DNA of 64,000 bases from Candidatus Kuenenbacteria bacterium HGW-Kuenenbacteria-1 (GCA_002839745.1 PGYQ01000002.1:21515-85514), one strand, 5' to 3'. Positions 19,270 to 30,108 are shown, numbered from the stretch's first letter. Notes: generated from the letters alone by a model not told the origin. A program made the numbers and translations.

Positions 19270-20238
19270 TTAAAAATAATTTAAAAACATTTTTTCTTTA
19301 ACTTTCTTTAATGTTTCCATTGTCACTGCTCTTGCTTTTTTTGCGCCATTAAAAAGTATTTCTTCAACAAGTTTTGGATTTCGTTCATACTCTACTCTTC
19401 GTTCTTGAATTGGTTTTAGTTTTTTAATAATCGCCATTGCTAACAAAGGTTTTAATTCAGAATATTGAATTGAATCATTTTTAAATTGCTCATTAAATTT
19501 TTTAATCGCGTCTTGATCATCTGAAAATTGTTCTAATAAATTAATTAAATTTTTTCCGCCTATTTTATTAGTCAAAGCGCTTTTAATTTTAGATTTAATT
19601 TCGCCTTCTGAATCAGTAAGCATAATTACATTTCCAAGGCTTTTACTCATTTTTCGACCATCCATCCCCAAAACGCGTGGGAAATTACTTAATTTTGCTT
19701 TTGGTTCCTTGAGTGTTTCTCCATAAATACGATTAAACTTTCTAACAATTTCTCGCGCTTGTTCTATTACTGGAAGTTGATCTTCGCCAACCGGAACTAA
19801 ATCAGCTTGAAACGCAGTGATATCAGCCGCTTGACTAATTGGATATCCTAAAAATCCAAAAGTCACATCATCTTTGAATAAATCTTTTCGTTGTTGAATT
19901 TCTTCCTTAACGGTTGGATTGCGTTTAAGACGATTGACTGTCACAAGATTTGAATAAAAAATAGTTAATTCCGCAATTTCGGGAATCAATGATTGAATAA
20001 AAATAGTTGATTTTTTTGGATCAATGCCAACAGCAAGATTATCCATCGCAACTTCATAAACATTTTGTCTTACTTTTTGAGGATTATTAAAATTGTCAGT
20101 TAACGCTTGAACGTCCGCAATCATAATATATGTGTCATATTTATCTTGCAAAGCAACTCGATTTTTTAATGATCCGCAAAAATGACCAATATGAAGTTGC
20201 CCTGTTGGTCTATCGCCAGTAAGAATTATTTTTTTCAT
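19270..20238 (-). CDS. trpS: tryptophanyl-tRNA synthetase
   Basis: Class I HIGH (HIGHF) and KMSKS motifs; 322 aa. Confidence 0.85.
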   Translation of the reverse strand: MKKIILTGDRPTGQLHIGHFCGSLKNRVALQDKYDTYIMIADVQALTDNFNNPQKVRQNVYEVAMDNLAVGIDPKKSTIFIQSLIPEIAELTIFYSNLVTVNRLKRNPTVKEEIQQRKDLFKDDVTFGFLGYPISQAADITAFQADLVPVGEDQLPVIEQAREIVRKFNRIYGETLKEPKAKLSNFPRVLGMDGRKMSKSLGNVIMLTDSEGEIKSKIKSALTNKIGGKNLINLLEQFSDDQDAIKKFNEQFKNDSIQYSELKPLLAMAIIKKLKPIQERRVEYERNPKLVEEILFNGAKKARAVTMETLKKVKEKMFLNYF

Positions 20239-20245
20239 AATAGAT

Positions 20246-21454
20246 TTAAATTAAATTTTTTTTATTTAAAAAATCTCTTATATTAATATGTTTTATACCT
20301 TTATAATCACTTTTATCTATCATCTCATCAGATGAAATAACAATTTTTGGATAATTATCTTGAATCGCTAATAAATTACCGAACTCTCTCTTTTTATTTT
20401 CATCTGTAATTAAATAAGCCACTTGAATATAAATTTTTTTATTTTGTTTTTCACAAACAAAATCCACTTCCTTGTTTTTTAATTGCCCAATAGTCACTTT
20501 ATAACCCAATATCTGTAAATGCAAAAATACCAAATTTTCCATAATTTTATTTATATCTATTTGTTTATAACCAGTAATAGAATGCCTTAATCCCAAATCT
20601 TCAAAATAATATTTATCATTGATTTCAAAAATTTTTTTACCTTGAATATCTGTTCTTAAAACCTTAAACACAAAAAAGGCATTAATTAAAAATAATAAAT
20701 AATCCAAAACAATATTGGGCGAAATATTAATTTTTTGTGATTTTAAAAAATCGCTAATTTTTTTAGATGAAACCAAACTGCCAACATTATCTGCGAGATA
20801 ACTAATTAAACTTTCTAAAAAATAAATATTACGAATTTTATATCTTTCAACAACATCTTTTAAGAGAATAGTATTATAAATACTTTTTAAATAATCAAAA
20901 ACAATCTCATCGTTTAATTTTAAATTTATTAAATATGGCAAACCTCCATACTTAATAAATTTTAAAAAAGAATCTTGATTTTCTTCTAATTTATGAAATG
21001 TTAAAAATTCAAAATAAGATAATCCAAAAACCTTAATTTCTATATAACGACCACTTAAAAAAGTAGCTAATTCGCCAGACAATAATCTTGCGTTACTACC
21101 AGTGCAATATATATCATATCCTTTTTTAGCCTTTAAACTTCTTAATGCTTTTTCAAATTTTTCAATGTCCTGAATTTCATCAATAAAAACATAATTTTTT
21201 TTTGTTTTAGTTTTTTCTTTAATGTAATTTAAAAGATCTTGATAATTTTTTATATTATCAAACTCATTTAATTCTTTATTAATATAAATAATATTTGCTT
21301 TTTTATGTTTTTGCTTAATTAAATCCATTATTTGAAAAAGTAAATAACTCTTACCAACTCTACGTTGACCAATAATAACCTTAATAATATCCTTATCAAT
21401 AAATGGTTCAACTCTATCAAGATAAATTGGACGTTTAATATATGTTTTAATCAT
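20246..21454 (-). CDS. AAA+ ATPase with C-terminal DUF4143 (COG1373 family)
   Basis: Walker A GQRRVGKS and the typical COG1373 N-terminus. Confidence 0.6.
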   Translation of the reverse strand: MIKTYIKRPIYLDRVEPFIDKDIIKVIIGQRRVGKSYLLFQIMDLIKQKHKKANIIYINKELNEFDNIKNYQDLLNYIKEKTKTKKNYVFIDEIQDIEKFEKALRSLKAKKGYDIYCTGSNARLLSGELATFLSGRYIEIKVFGLSYFEFLTFHKLEENQDSFLKFIKYGGLPYLINLKLNDEIVFDYLKSIYNTILLKDVVERYKIRNIYFLESLISYLADNVGSLVSSKKISDFLKSQKINISPNIVLDYLLFLINAFFVFKVLRTDIQGKKIFEINDKYYFEDLGLRHSITGYKQIDINKIMENLVFLHLQILGYKVTIGQLKNKEVDFVCEKQNKKIYIQVAYLITDENKKREFGNLLAIQDNYPKIVISSDEMIDKSDYKGIKHINIRDFLNKKNLI

Positions 21455-21512
21455 ACTTAAAATTTTTTAAATTATTTCATAAGTTTTAAGTATACATAAA
21501 ACTTTTTTATTG

Positions 21513-23240
21513 TCAAATTCCTTTGTTGAAGTTGTTGAAGACTGTCTTCAATAAATCTTTTATTTTAATTAACTCAAATTTTTCTTGTCCTCGTCTTTTT
21601 AATTCCACACAGTTTTCTTTTAAAGTTTTTTCACTAATCACAATACGCAAAGGAATTCCAATTAAATCTGCATCAGCAAATTTTTCACCAGCACGCATAT
21701 TTTCCCGATCATCATAAAGAACCTCAATCCCCTTTTTAATCATCGCATCATATAATTTATCAGCTTCTTTTTCCGCGCCAACTAAAGCAATTAAATAAAC
21801 TTGAAATGGTGCAACTGCTTCTGGCCAAATTATTCCTTTTTCATCGTGAAATTTTTCCACAATTGTCGCCATTGTTCGTCCAATGCCAATGCCATAACAA
21901 CCCATATAAAATGGTTTTTCTTTACCATCAACATCCATATAAACCGCGCCTTTCATTAAATTTGTATAATGATAACCCAATTGAAAAATATTTCCTACTT
22001 CAATCCCACGTTTTTCAATTAATTTTCCATTTTCATTTAAACTTTCATATCCATTTTTAACCAAAGCAATATCGCCTTCAATGTCTGGCTGATAATCGCG
22101 ATCAATATTAATATTCATTAAATCTTTATTTTTTTTATTGCTTCCGCCATAAGCATTAGTAATTGTTCGCAAAGAATTATCAGCAATAATAATTAATTTT
22201 ACATTTTTTTCTAATAAATCTTTTATTTTAACCGGCGAAATAAAACCAGGTTCTGAATATAATTTTTCTCTAATTTCCTCGTCTGTAGCATGACGCAAAG
22301 TTACAATTTTTAAAATTTTTTTTAATTTAATTTCATTCACATCAAAATCACCTCTAATAATAGCTAAAATAAATTGGCCATTTTCATCCACAAAAACCAC
22401 ATCTTTGATTTGTTGCCAAAGCGGTAAATTATGGAATTTAACACCATGTTCCATTGTTAAACCTCGTTCAGCTCTAACTTCTATGAGCGCTAATAATTTT
22501 TCATTGCTATTCTTATCTTCTTTTTTAAAAAGAGCAGTGTCTTCTTGGCTAACATAATTTTTATTTTCAGAAATAAAATATTTATCCTCGCCAATTTCTG
22601 ATTCAACAACAAATTCATGACAATATTCTCCACCAATATAACCATTATCAGATTCTACAATTTCAGTTTTTAATCCCAAATGTTCAAAAATTCTAAAATA
22701 AACTTTTTTCATTTTTTCATATTCAATCTTAAAATCCTCTTCATCGCGATGAAAAGAATATCCATCTTTCATTATAAATTCACGAACGCGTAATAATCCT
22801 CCACGAGCTCGCAATTCATCACGAAATTTTGGAGAAAATTGGTAAAGACGAATTGGCAAATCACGATAACTTAATTTAAATTGACGAATTAAGTCCACAA
22901 ACATTTCCTCTGCTGTTCCGCCTAACGCAAATTCTGCGCCTCGACGATCTTTTACTTTCATTAATTCAAAACCAGCTGAGCTTGTTCGATTAGTTTCTTC
23001 CCATAATTCTAATGGATGTAAAATAGGTGTGATCATTTCTTGATAATCAGTATTATCCATTTCTTCTTTAATAATTTGCATTATTTTTTGTTGAACTAAA
23101 TGTCCAATTGGTAAAAAATAATAACGACCAGCAACGGATTCAGAAATAAACCCGCCTTGTTTGAGTAATTTTGATGAGATAATTTTATCATCATTAGATA
23201 CGGTTTTTGAAGTTTTTAAAAAATAACGAGAAAATCTCAT
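21513..23240 (-). CDS. proS: prolyl-tRNA synthetase (bacterial type)
   Basis: 575 aa with class II aaRS core, editing insertion and anticodon-binding domain. Confidence 0.85.
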   Translation of the reverse strand: MRFSRYFLKTSKTVSNDDKIISSKLLKQGGFISESVAGRYYFLPIGHLVQQKIMQIIKEEMDNTDYQEMITPILHPLELWEETNRTSSAGFELMKVKDRRGAEFALGGTAEEMFVDLIRQFKLSYRDLPIRLYQFSPKFRDELRARGGLLRVREFIMKDGYSFHRDEEDFKIEYEKMKKVYFRIFEHLGLKTEIVESDNGYIGGEYCHEFVVESEIGEDKYFISENKNYVSQEDTALFKKEDKNSNEKLLALIEVRAERGLTMEHGVKFHNLPLWQQIKDVVFVDENGQFILAIIRGDFDVNEIKLKKILKIVTLRHATDEEIREKLYSEPGFISPVKIKDLLEKNVKLIIIADNSLRTITNAYGGSNKKNKDLMNINIDRDYQPDIEGDIALVKNGYESLNENGKLIEKRGIEVGNIFQLGYHYTNLMKGAVYMDVDGKEKPFYMGCYGIGIGRTMATIVEKFHDEKGIIWPEAVAPFQVYLIALVGAEKEADKLYDAMIKKGIEVLYDDRENMRAGEKFADADLIGIPLRIVISEKTLKENCVELKRRGQEKFELIKIKDLLKTVFNNFNKGI

Positions 23241-23261
23241 AAAATTTTGATTTTAAATAAA

Positions 23262-24167
23262 CTATTTTATTTTATTACTCATTCTAATCCTTTCCCAAAC
23301 AACCAATGTCGGACAAGCGACAAAAATAGAAGAATAAGTCCCTGCAGTAATTCCAATAATCAAAGCCAAAATAAAATCTCTAACTGAAGCGCCACCAAAA
23401 AAGAAAACAGCAAATAATGATAATAAAACAGTTAAAGAAGTATTTATAGAGCGAACAATGGTTTCATTTATGCTAATATTTACTGTGTCTTCAAAATCCT
23501 TGCCTTTTGATTTTAAAAGATTTTCTCTTAAACGATCAAAAATAATAATTGTATCATGGTTTGAATATCCTAAAATAGTTAATAGCGCAATAATAAAAGT
23601 AGCTCCTATTTCAATCCCTAAAAAATGTCCCATTAATGAAAAAGCACCCAAAGTAATAATAATATCATGAACCAAAACAATAATGGCAATTAAACCATAT
23701 TTCCACGAACTAATTGGTTTGGAAATTTTTCTAAACGCCCAAGCAATATAAATAATAATAATAATAAGCGCTATTATTGTGGCATGTATCGCTTTTTCTT
23801 TTGTTTCTTTACCAATTGTCGGTCCAATTGATTCAAATTTTTTTTCTTCAATTTTATTTTCTGGCGAAATTTCTTGCAACTTTGTAATTATTTGTTGATG
23901 CATTTCCTCCTCAATGCTTTTTGTTTTAATAATTACACCTTTTGTGTTTGTTAGTTGAACACTTGCCTCTCCAAGATTTAAAGTATTAATTTTTTCTTTA
24001 ATTTGTTCTACGGTCGGTCTACTATTTTTAAATTCTATTTCCATTAAAGTTCCACCAGTAAAATCAATATTAGGCTTTAATTGCCAAAAAATTAAACTAG
24101 CAATACTAATAATTACCAACGCGCTTGAAATGAAAAAATAAATTTTTTGATGTTTTATTATATTCAT
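23262..24167 (-). CDS. secF: protein translocase subunit SecF
   Basis: SecF topology and motifs; directly downstream of secD. Confidence 0.85.
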   Translation of the reverse strand: MNIIKHQKIYFFISSALVIISIASLIFWQLKPNIDFTGGTLMEIEFKNSRPTVEQIKEKINTLNLGEASVQLTNTKGVIIKTKSIEEEMHQQIITKLQEISPENKIEEKKFESIGPTIGKETKEKAIHATIIALIIIIIYIAWAFRKISKPISSWKYGLIAIIVLVHDIIITLGAFSLMGHFLGIEIGATFIIALLTILGYSNHDTIIIFDRLRENLLKSKGKDFEDTVNISINETIVRSINTSLTVLLSLFAVFFFGGASVRDFILALIIGITAGTYSSIFVACPTLVVWERIRMSNKIK

Positions 24168-24328
24168 AAAAATAAATTTTTAGTTTATAGCTATTACACG
24201 GGTTCAACCTGTGTATTTTTTTAAAAAAAACGTCATCGCGCACTGAGTGTCAAGAGTTGAACTTCCGACATTAGCACATTGGATAATAATAAATAAAATT
24301 TAAAATTATTTTAGTTTGTCAAATGTTT

Positions 24329-25987
24329 CTATGTTTTTATTTTTTGCGGTTTTAATTTTATTAGGGTTGTTAATTTTAATAATGTTCTTGTGATTGTAAT
24401 AGCTGAAAACATACTCACTAAAACACCGATGCTTAAAGTAATTCCAAACCCTCGAATCATACTTGTTCCAAACCAAAAAAGAATAAAACAAGTAATTAAT
24501 GTTGAAACATTGCTATCGCGAATTGAAAGCCAGGCGCGTTTAAATCCTTCTTCAATTGCTAAATCGCGCGGTTTGCCCGCTTTTAATTCTTCTCTGATTC
24601 TTGAAAAAATTAAAATATTGGCATCCACCGCCATTCCAATAGATAAAATAAAACCAGCAATGCCAGCTAAAGTTAAAGTAACTGGAATTAATTTAAATAT
24701 CGCTAAAACAATTATCGTATAAATTCCTAATGCTAAAACGGCCAAAAATCCTTTGGAACGATAAAATAAAATCATATACAAAGCAACTAAAATTAATCCA
24801 ATTTTTCCGGCTTTGCAACTTTCATCAATAGAAATTTTTCCCAAACTAGGACCAATAGTTTGTTGACTAATTAATTTAATGGGTACAGGCAAAGCGCCTG
24901 CATTGAGACGTTTAATTAATTCTTGCGCTTCTGGTAAGGAAAAATTTCCTGAAATTATTGCTTGTCCTGAAGTAATTGCTTCATTAACAACCGGCGTACT
25001 AATAGGCACTCCATCTAAAAATATTGCCACTGGTTTTTTAATATTTCTTTTTGTAATTTCTCCAAATAATTTTTTCCCTTCATTATTAAATTCTATGCCC
25101 ACCTGAGGTTCATTAGTATTATTGTTAAATTCTAAATATGATTTTTTTAATTGTTTTCCAGTCAAGCCTGTATATTTCCAAGGATCTTTATAAGGAATAT
25201 AATCTCTTTCTGATTTAGTTTTAATTAAAATATGACTAGTTTTTATTTCTTGAATTTTTTCTTTATTTTTTATTGTTTCTCTTTCGTCAGTCTTTTTGAT
25301 AATATGATAACCAAAATCTGTTTTTACTAATTTTTGGGTTATCTCATCTTTTTTTAAAGCAAAAACTGCTTCTTCAAATTCAGGCACCATCATCCCTTTA
25401 CTAAACCATCCCAAGTCCCCTCCCTTTTCTTTGCTTGGACAATCAGAAAATTCTTTCGCTAAATTTGAAAAATCCTCATGCTTTAAAACTTTTTGCAAAA
25501 CATCTTCAGCTTTTTTTTGAGCAATCGCATTATATACTTCTATTTCTTTTTTTTGCTCTTCAGTTAATACAGGCGCTGGTGTATTGTCTTGTTCTTTAAA
25601 TTCTAAAATAGGAGTTTGACCAATCATTCCAATTGCCTGATTTACATCTTTAATTCCCGGCAATTCAACAATGATTCTTTTATTTTCTTTTACTTTGGTC
25701 ACCTGAACAATTGGTTCGGAAATTCCAAACACATTAATTCTTTTTTCAATTACATCACGAGCCGCCAAAACCGCTGCTTCTCGTTCTTGTAAAGGAATTT
25801 TCGAAACATCAGTTTCATAAACTAAATGAGCCCCGCCTTGTAAATCTAAGCCAAGGTGATATTTTAATTCTTTAAAATATTTTCCAATTTTAATATCTGG
25901 TCCTCCTGGCCAAACAACAACCCCAGCTAAACCAGTTAGAATTAAAATACCGCAAAATGTTAACCAAGTTTTTTTTCGTATAGACAC
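24329..25987 (-). CDS. secD: protein translocase subunit SecD carrying an inserted parvulin-type PPIase domain in the periplasmic P1 region
   Basis: SecD TM and P1 regions. A PpiC/parvulin signature (SKEKGGDLGWFSKGMMVPEFEEAVFAL ... TDFGYHIIK) sits at about aa 175-235, nt about 25270-25460. Confidence 0.8.
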   Translation of the reverse strand: MSIRKKTWLTFCGILILTGLAGVVVWPGGPDIKIGKYFKELKYHLGLDLQGGAHLVYETDVSKIPLQEREAAVLAARDVIEKRINVFGISEPIVQVTKVKENKRIIVELPGIKDVNQAIGMIGQTPILEFKEQDNTPAPVLTEEQKKEIEVYNAIAQKKAEDVLQKVLKHEDFSNLAKEFSDCPSKEKGGDLGWFSKGMMVPEFEEAVFALKKDEITQKLVKTDFGYHIIKKTDERETIKNKEKIQEIKTSHILIKTKSERDYIPYKDPWKYTGLTGKQLKKSYLEFNNNTNEPQVGIEFNNEGKKLFGEITKRNIKKPVAIFLDGVPISTPVVNEAITSGQAIISGNFSLPEAQELIKRLNAGALPVPIKLISQQTIGPSLGKISIDESCKAGKIGLILVALYMILFYRSKGFLAVLALGIYTIIVLAIFKLIPVTLTLAGIAGFILSIGMAVDANILIFSRIREELKAGKPRDLAIEEGFKRAWLSIRDSNVSTLITCFILFWFGTSMIRGFGITLSIGVLVSMFSAITITRTLLKLTTLIKLKPQKIKT

Positions 25988-26076
25988 AAAAAAAGAAATT
26001 TTGATTTATAAATTTTAAATTATAAATCAAAAGTAAAAAGTAAAAAGTAAAAAGTAAAAAGTAAAAATATTATAAA

Positions 26077-26646
26077 CTAATTTCCAAAAATTGTAAATTT
26101 ATTAAACGGCCAAGCCCTAATCCATGTTTTTCCTACAATAAATTTTCGTTCTAATGAGCCAAAACCTTCGGCGCTAGAATCAAAACTATGCCCTCGATTA
26201 TCGCCCATAACAAAATATTCATCTTTTCCTAAAGTAATATCAATACTTTTTTCAACCTTATATTTTTCAGGAAGAAATTTATTTTCATCAAAAATTTTTC
26301 CATTAGGATTTTCTTTATTATAAATAGTAATTTCTTTATTAATAATTTTTACTCTTTCTTCGGGTAAACCAATAACTCTTTTAATATAATAATCATTGAG
26401 ACTTTTTGGATATTTAAATACAATTACATCGCCTTTTTGCGGATTACCCAATCGGTAAATAATTTTATTCACAATTAAATATTCGTGATTGTGAAAATTT
26501 GGTTCCATTGAAGCGCCTTTAACATAAAATGGTTGAATCAAAAAATATCTAATAGGAATAACAATGGCTAAAGCAATCAAGGCCATTTGAATAAATTCTA
26601 TAAAAATAGATTTCCAATTTTTATTTTCTGAAATTTCTTTTTGCAT
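26077..26646 (-). CDS. lepB: signal peptidase I (S26)
   Basis: N-terminal TM, catalytic GASMEP box, KR box. Confidence 0.8.
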   Translation of the reverse strand: MQKEISENKNWKSIFIEFIQMALIALAIVIPIRYFLIQPFYVKGASMEPNFHNHEYLIVNKIIYRLGNPQKGDVIVFKYPKSLNDYYIKRVIGLPEERVKIINKEITIYNKENPNGKIFDENKFLPEKYKVEKSIDITLGKDEYFVMGDNRGHSFDSSAEGFGSLERKFIVGKTWIRAWPFNKFTIFGN

Positions 26647-26730
26647 AATTCAAAATTTATAATTCAAAATTTATAATTTCTTAATTAATTTAAAATTTAT
26701 AATTCAAAATTTATAATTTCTTAAGCCATT
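26647..26730. repeat. two direct copies of a roughly 38-bp AT-rich unit (AAAATTTATAATTCAAAATTTATAATTTCTTAA) upstream of lepB
   Basis: Direct repeat read from sequence. Its core AATTTATAATTTCTTAA recurs at about 56520-56550 and about 57060-57100. Confidence 0.7.
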
Positions 26731-27826
26731 TTCTTTTATTTTGATTGTGCTCTTTAAGCGTTTTACTAAAAACCGTCTCGCCTGTTGGTTTTGATAGAAA
26801 AAATAAATAATCTGTTTCTTGCGGATATATTGCCGCATTAATCGCTGATAGTCCCGGATTGCTAATAGGTCCTGAAGGTAAACCTTTATTAAGATAAGTA
26901 TTGTATGGAGATTCCACGCGTGTATCCTCAAAACTCAATTGTTTTTTATCATTGCCCAAAATATAATTTATTGTGGCGCAAGATTCTAAACGCATTCCTT
27001 CTTTTAGTCTTTTATAAAAAATTCCTGCGACAATTTTTCTGTCATTGTTATTGGGCACTTCTTTCTCAATAATACTGGCTAATGTAATAATTTCAAAAAT
27101 TGTTTTATTTTGTTTTTTAATATCTTCTCTCATTTGACTAGATAATTTTTTATCAAAATTATCCAACATTTTTTTTATAATATCATATTCAGAAGCGTCT
27201 TTATAAATTTGATACGTGTCAGGAAAAAGATAACCTTCTAATGGAATAACCGCAAAAGGATAATTTTTAAGCGTTCTTAATTCGATTAATTTAGAAAAAT
27301 TTCTATTATTTTCATTTAAAAAAGGATTATCAGCTAAAAACGAATATTTTTTTAGCCATGAAGAATCATATATTTCTGTAAAAAAAAATTCTTCCCAAAT
27401 TAATGAATCTGTATTTTTATCTGTAGAAAAAATATTTTTTAAATATTTTGCAATTTCTTTATAATTCCAGCCCTCGATAATTTTGATTGTTGTTTGATTA
27501 GGAATAATTTGTCCAGAAATTAAAATTTGAACAATTTTTTTTATGTTCATCTGAGAAGACAAAAGATAATTTCCAGCTTGAAATTTTTTTCCTAATTTTT
27601 TTTGCCAAATATAAACCTCAAAATCCCACATACTTCTAATTAATTTTTGATCTTTTAAATTTTGGCTAATTTCATTGACTCCTTCTCCTTTTTTAATAAC
27701 AAATTCTTTTGGAAGCGCTTTTATAGCTACTGATGTGGAAATTTGATAATAATAATTTCCTAATCCAATGCCTATTATCAATAAAATAACAATAATTAAA
27801 ATTATTAAAACTTTTACAAATTGCAT
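26711..27826 (-). CDS. mltG: endolytic murein transglycosylase MltG (YceG-like)
   Basis: N-terminal TM plus YceG domain. Confidence 0.7.
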   Translation of the reverse strand: MQFVKVLIILIIVILLIIGIGLGNYYYQISTSVAIKALPKEFVIKKGEGVNEISQNLKDQKLIRSMWDFEVYIWQKKLGKKFQAGNYLLSSQMNIKKIVQILISGQIIPNQTTIKIIEGWNYKEIAKYLKNIFSTDKNTDSLIWEEFFFTEIYDSSWLKKYSFLADNPFLNENNRNFSKLIELRTLKNYPFAVIPLEGYLFPDTYQIYKDASEYDIIKKMLDNFDKKLSSQMREDIKKQNKTIFEIITLASIIEKEVPNNNDRKIVAGIFYKRLKEGMRLESCATINYILGNDKKQLSFEDTRVESPYNTYLNKGLPSGPISNPGLSAINAAIYPQETDYLFFLSKPTGETVFSKTLKEHNQNKRKWLKKL

Positions 27827-27984
27827 AATAAACGAAAAATAAAAAAACTAAACTCCTTAATATATAGACTCTATTAAAACAATAATTAAATAAAAAAAAT
27901 AAAATGTCAAATTTTTTATCCCATAAAAGCAATAAAATAACCAATTAATTATCTCTTTTAATCCAATTTTATTCCTTTTTACTT

Positions 27985-28089
27985 TTTCCACAGCTTATTA
28001 TGTTGAACTATGGAAAAAAATGGAGTACAATGTATGTGTAATGGAATATTGTGGATAAAAGTGGGGATAACCCCAAAAACAGTGGATAA
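27985..28089. promoter_or_regulatory. cluster of four DnaA-box-like 9-mers upstream of mraZ
   Basis: TGTGGATAA perfect at 28050-28058; GTGGGGATAA at 28061-28070; AGTGGATAA at 28081-28089; TTTTCCACA at 27985-27993. Confidence 0.4.
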
Positions 28090-28148
28090 CTTTAATTAGT
28101 TTGTAAAAAATTCTGCAAAGTGCAACCTAAAAAACTAATTTCTATTTT

Positions 28149-28574
28149 ATGTTCATTGGAGAATATTTTCATACAATTGATGAAAAAGGACGAATGGCTA
28201 TTCCAACTAAATTTCGTTCTGAACTAACTGAAGGTATTGTAATTACTCGAGGGTTAGATGATTGTTTATTTTTATATACATTAGAAGAATGGAAAAGCTT
28301 GGCTCATAAACTTTCTAAACTTTCTATTTCTAAAGCAAACACTAGAGCTTTTTCAAGATTAATGTTAGCTGGAGCAATGGATGTTCAACTAGATAAACAA
28401 GGAAGAATAATCCTTCCTGATTATTTAAGAAAATATGCGGGAATTAAAAAGAAAGCGGTTATAGCTGGATTATTCAATCGTTTAGAAATTTGGGATGAAG
28501 AAAAATGGGAAAAATATAAAACCAATACAGAAAAAACTAGCGAAAGCATTGCCGAAGCTATGGAAGAACTTTAA
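28149..28574 (+). CDS. mraZ: transcriptional regulator MraZ
   Basis: Duplicated MraZ domain; first gene of the dcw cluster. Confidence 0.85.
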   Translation: MFIGEYFHTIDEKGRMAIPTKFRSELTEGIVITRGLDDCLFLYTLEEWKSLAHKLSKLSISKANTRAFSRLMLAGAMDVQLDKQGRIILPDYLRKYAGIKKKAVIAGLFNRLEIWDEEKWEKYKTNTEKTSESIAEAMEEL

Positions 28575-28678
28575 AAAAAGTAACCAGTAACAAGTACTCC
28601 ATAACGAGTAATCAGACAAAAAATTATTTTGAATTTACCCGTATTAATTTATAATTCTTTTTACTTATTACTTATTAC

Positions 28679-29662
28679 GTGTTGCTTATTACTTTTGTCT
28701 TTATGCATATTCCTGTTCTTTTAAATGAAGTTATAGAAAATCTAAATATTCAACCCAATCAAAATTTTATTGATTGCACTTTTGGTGATGGCGGACACAC
28801 AATGGCAATATTGAAAAAAAATAAACCAAATGGAATAGTTGTCGGAATTGATTTAAATATAAAAAAATTCGAAGCCAAGGAAAGATTAATTTTAATCAAT
28901 GATAATTTTGCTAATTTGGGAAAAATTATTGATCAATTACGTTCTGATGCTAAATTTCAATCCGCCTTCTGGCAAATAAAATTTCATGGAATTCTTTTAG
29001 ATCTTGGATTTTCAAGTCGTCAACTCGAAGAAGATGAACGTGGATTTAGTTTTCAAAAAGATGAATTTCTTGATATGCGATTTAATAAATTAGATACAGA
29101 TTTAACAGCAGAAAAAATTATTAATACTTATCCAGAAAAAGAATTGGCAAATATTTTTTGGAAATATGGGGAAGAAAAATATTCTCGTTACATTGCTAAA
29201 ATAATAATACAAGAAAGAAAAAAACAAAAAATCTACACAACAAAACAATTAGCAGATTTAATTTATAAAATTTCAAAACTAAAAACTAAAAATTCAAAAT
29301 TTAACGCTAAACATTATATTCATCCAGCAACAAAAGTTTTTCAAGCATTAAGAATTATCGTTAATAATGAACTAGAAAATTTAAAACAAGTTTTACCGCA
29401 AGCAATAAAAATTTTAGAACCAAAAGGAAAAATTTGCGTAATTTCATTTCATTCTTTAGAAGACAGAATTGTTAAACAATTCTTTAAACAAGAATCAAAA
29501 AATTGTATTTGTCCTTCTGAATTTCCTCAATGTATTTGTAATCACAAAACAACTTTAAAAATTATCACTAAGAAAATAATTGTCCCAACTTTTGAAGAAA
29601 TAAAAAAAAATCCGCGTAGCCGTAGCGCAAAAATGAGAGTAGCAGAAAAATTAGCTTTTTAA
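28679..29662 (+). CDS. rsmH: 16S rRNA m4C1402 methyltransferase RsmH (MraW)
   Basis: MHIPVLLNEV start, GDGGHT SAM motif. The real start is probably the internal Met at about 28703. Confidence 0.85.
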   Translation: MLLITFVFMHIPVLLNEVIENLNIQPNQNFIDCTFGDGGHTMAILKKNKPNGIVVGIDLNIKKFEAKERLILINDNFANLGKIIDQLRSDAKFQSAFWQIKFHGILLDLGFSSRQLEEDERGFSFQKDEFLDMRFNKLDTDLTAEKIINTYPEKELANIFWKYGEEKYSRYIAKIIIQERKKQKIYTTKQLADLIYKISKLKTKNSKFNAKHYIHPATKVFQALRIIVNNELENLKQVLPQAIKILEPKGKICVISFHSLEDRIVKQFFKQESKNCICPSEFPQCICNHKTTLKIITKKIIVPTFEEIKKNPRSRSAKMRVAEKLAF

Positions 29663-29749
29663 CTTTTAGTTTTTAGAAAATTTAAAACAAAATTAATAAA
29701 ATTAAGACATTAACTTTAAACTTTGCACTTTAAATTTTAAACTTCTTTT

Positions 29750-30070
29750 ATGTCTGTTTTAAAACCCACAAAACAAAAAACAATAAAATCTACATCTAAA
29801 ATAACAAGAAAAATTATTTTAGTTTCAATTATTTTTATGGGATTTTTTTATTTAATACAAACTAATAGCTTAGCTATAAGCGGATTAAAAATTACTGATT
29901 TTAAAAAACAAATAGAAGAATTAAAAAAAGATAATAAACAATTAGAAATAGAATTTTTGCAATTACAAGCTGTTTCAAAAATTGAACAAGCCAGCGAAGA
30001 ATTAAAAATGGTAAAAACTAATAATGCAAAATATTTAAAAGAAACTGGTGAAATAGCTGTAGCAAAATAG
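29750..30070 (+). CDS. ftsL: FtsL-like cell division protein (single TM plus coiled coil)
   Basis: Position between rsmH and ftsI, TM helix, leucine-zipper-like segment. Confidence 0.5.
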   Translation: MSVLKPTKQKTIKSTSKITRKIILVSIIFMGFFYLIQTNSLAISGLKITDFKKQIEELKKDNKQLEIEFLQLQAVSKIEQASEELKMVKTNNAKYLKETGEIAVAK

Positions 30071-30108
30071 CTTTTAGGAAATTCTAACGAACTTATTTTT
30101 TTTATGTT

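Noticed and set aside
16773-26067. Tandem heptamer arrays and 38-bp direct repeats, considered as a CRISPR array
   Set aside because: Units are 7 bp with no spacers, and the 38-bp unit occurs only twice. There is no repeat-spacer architecture and no cas genes
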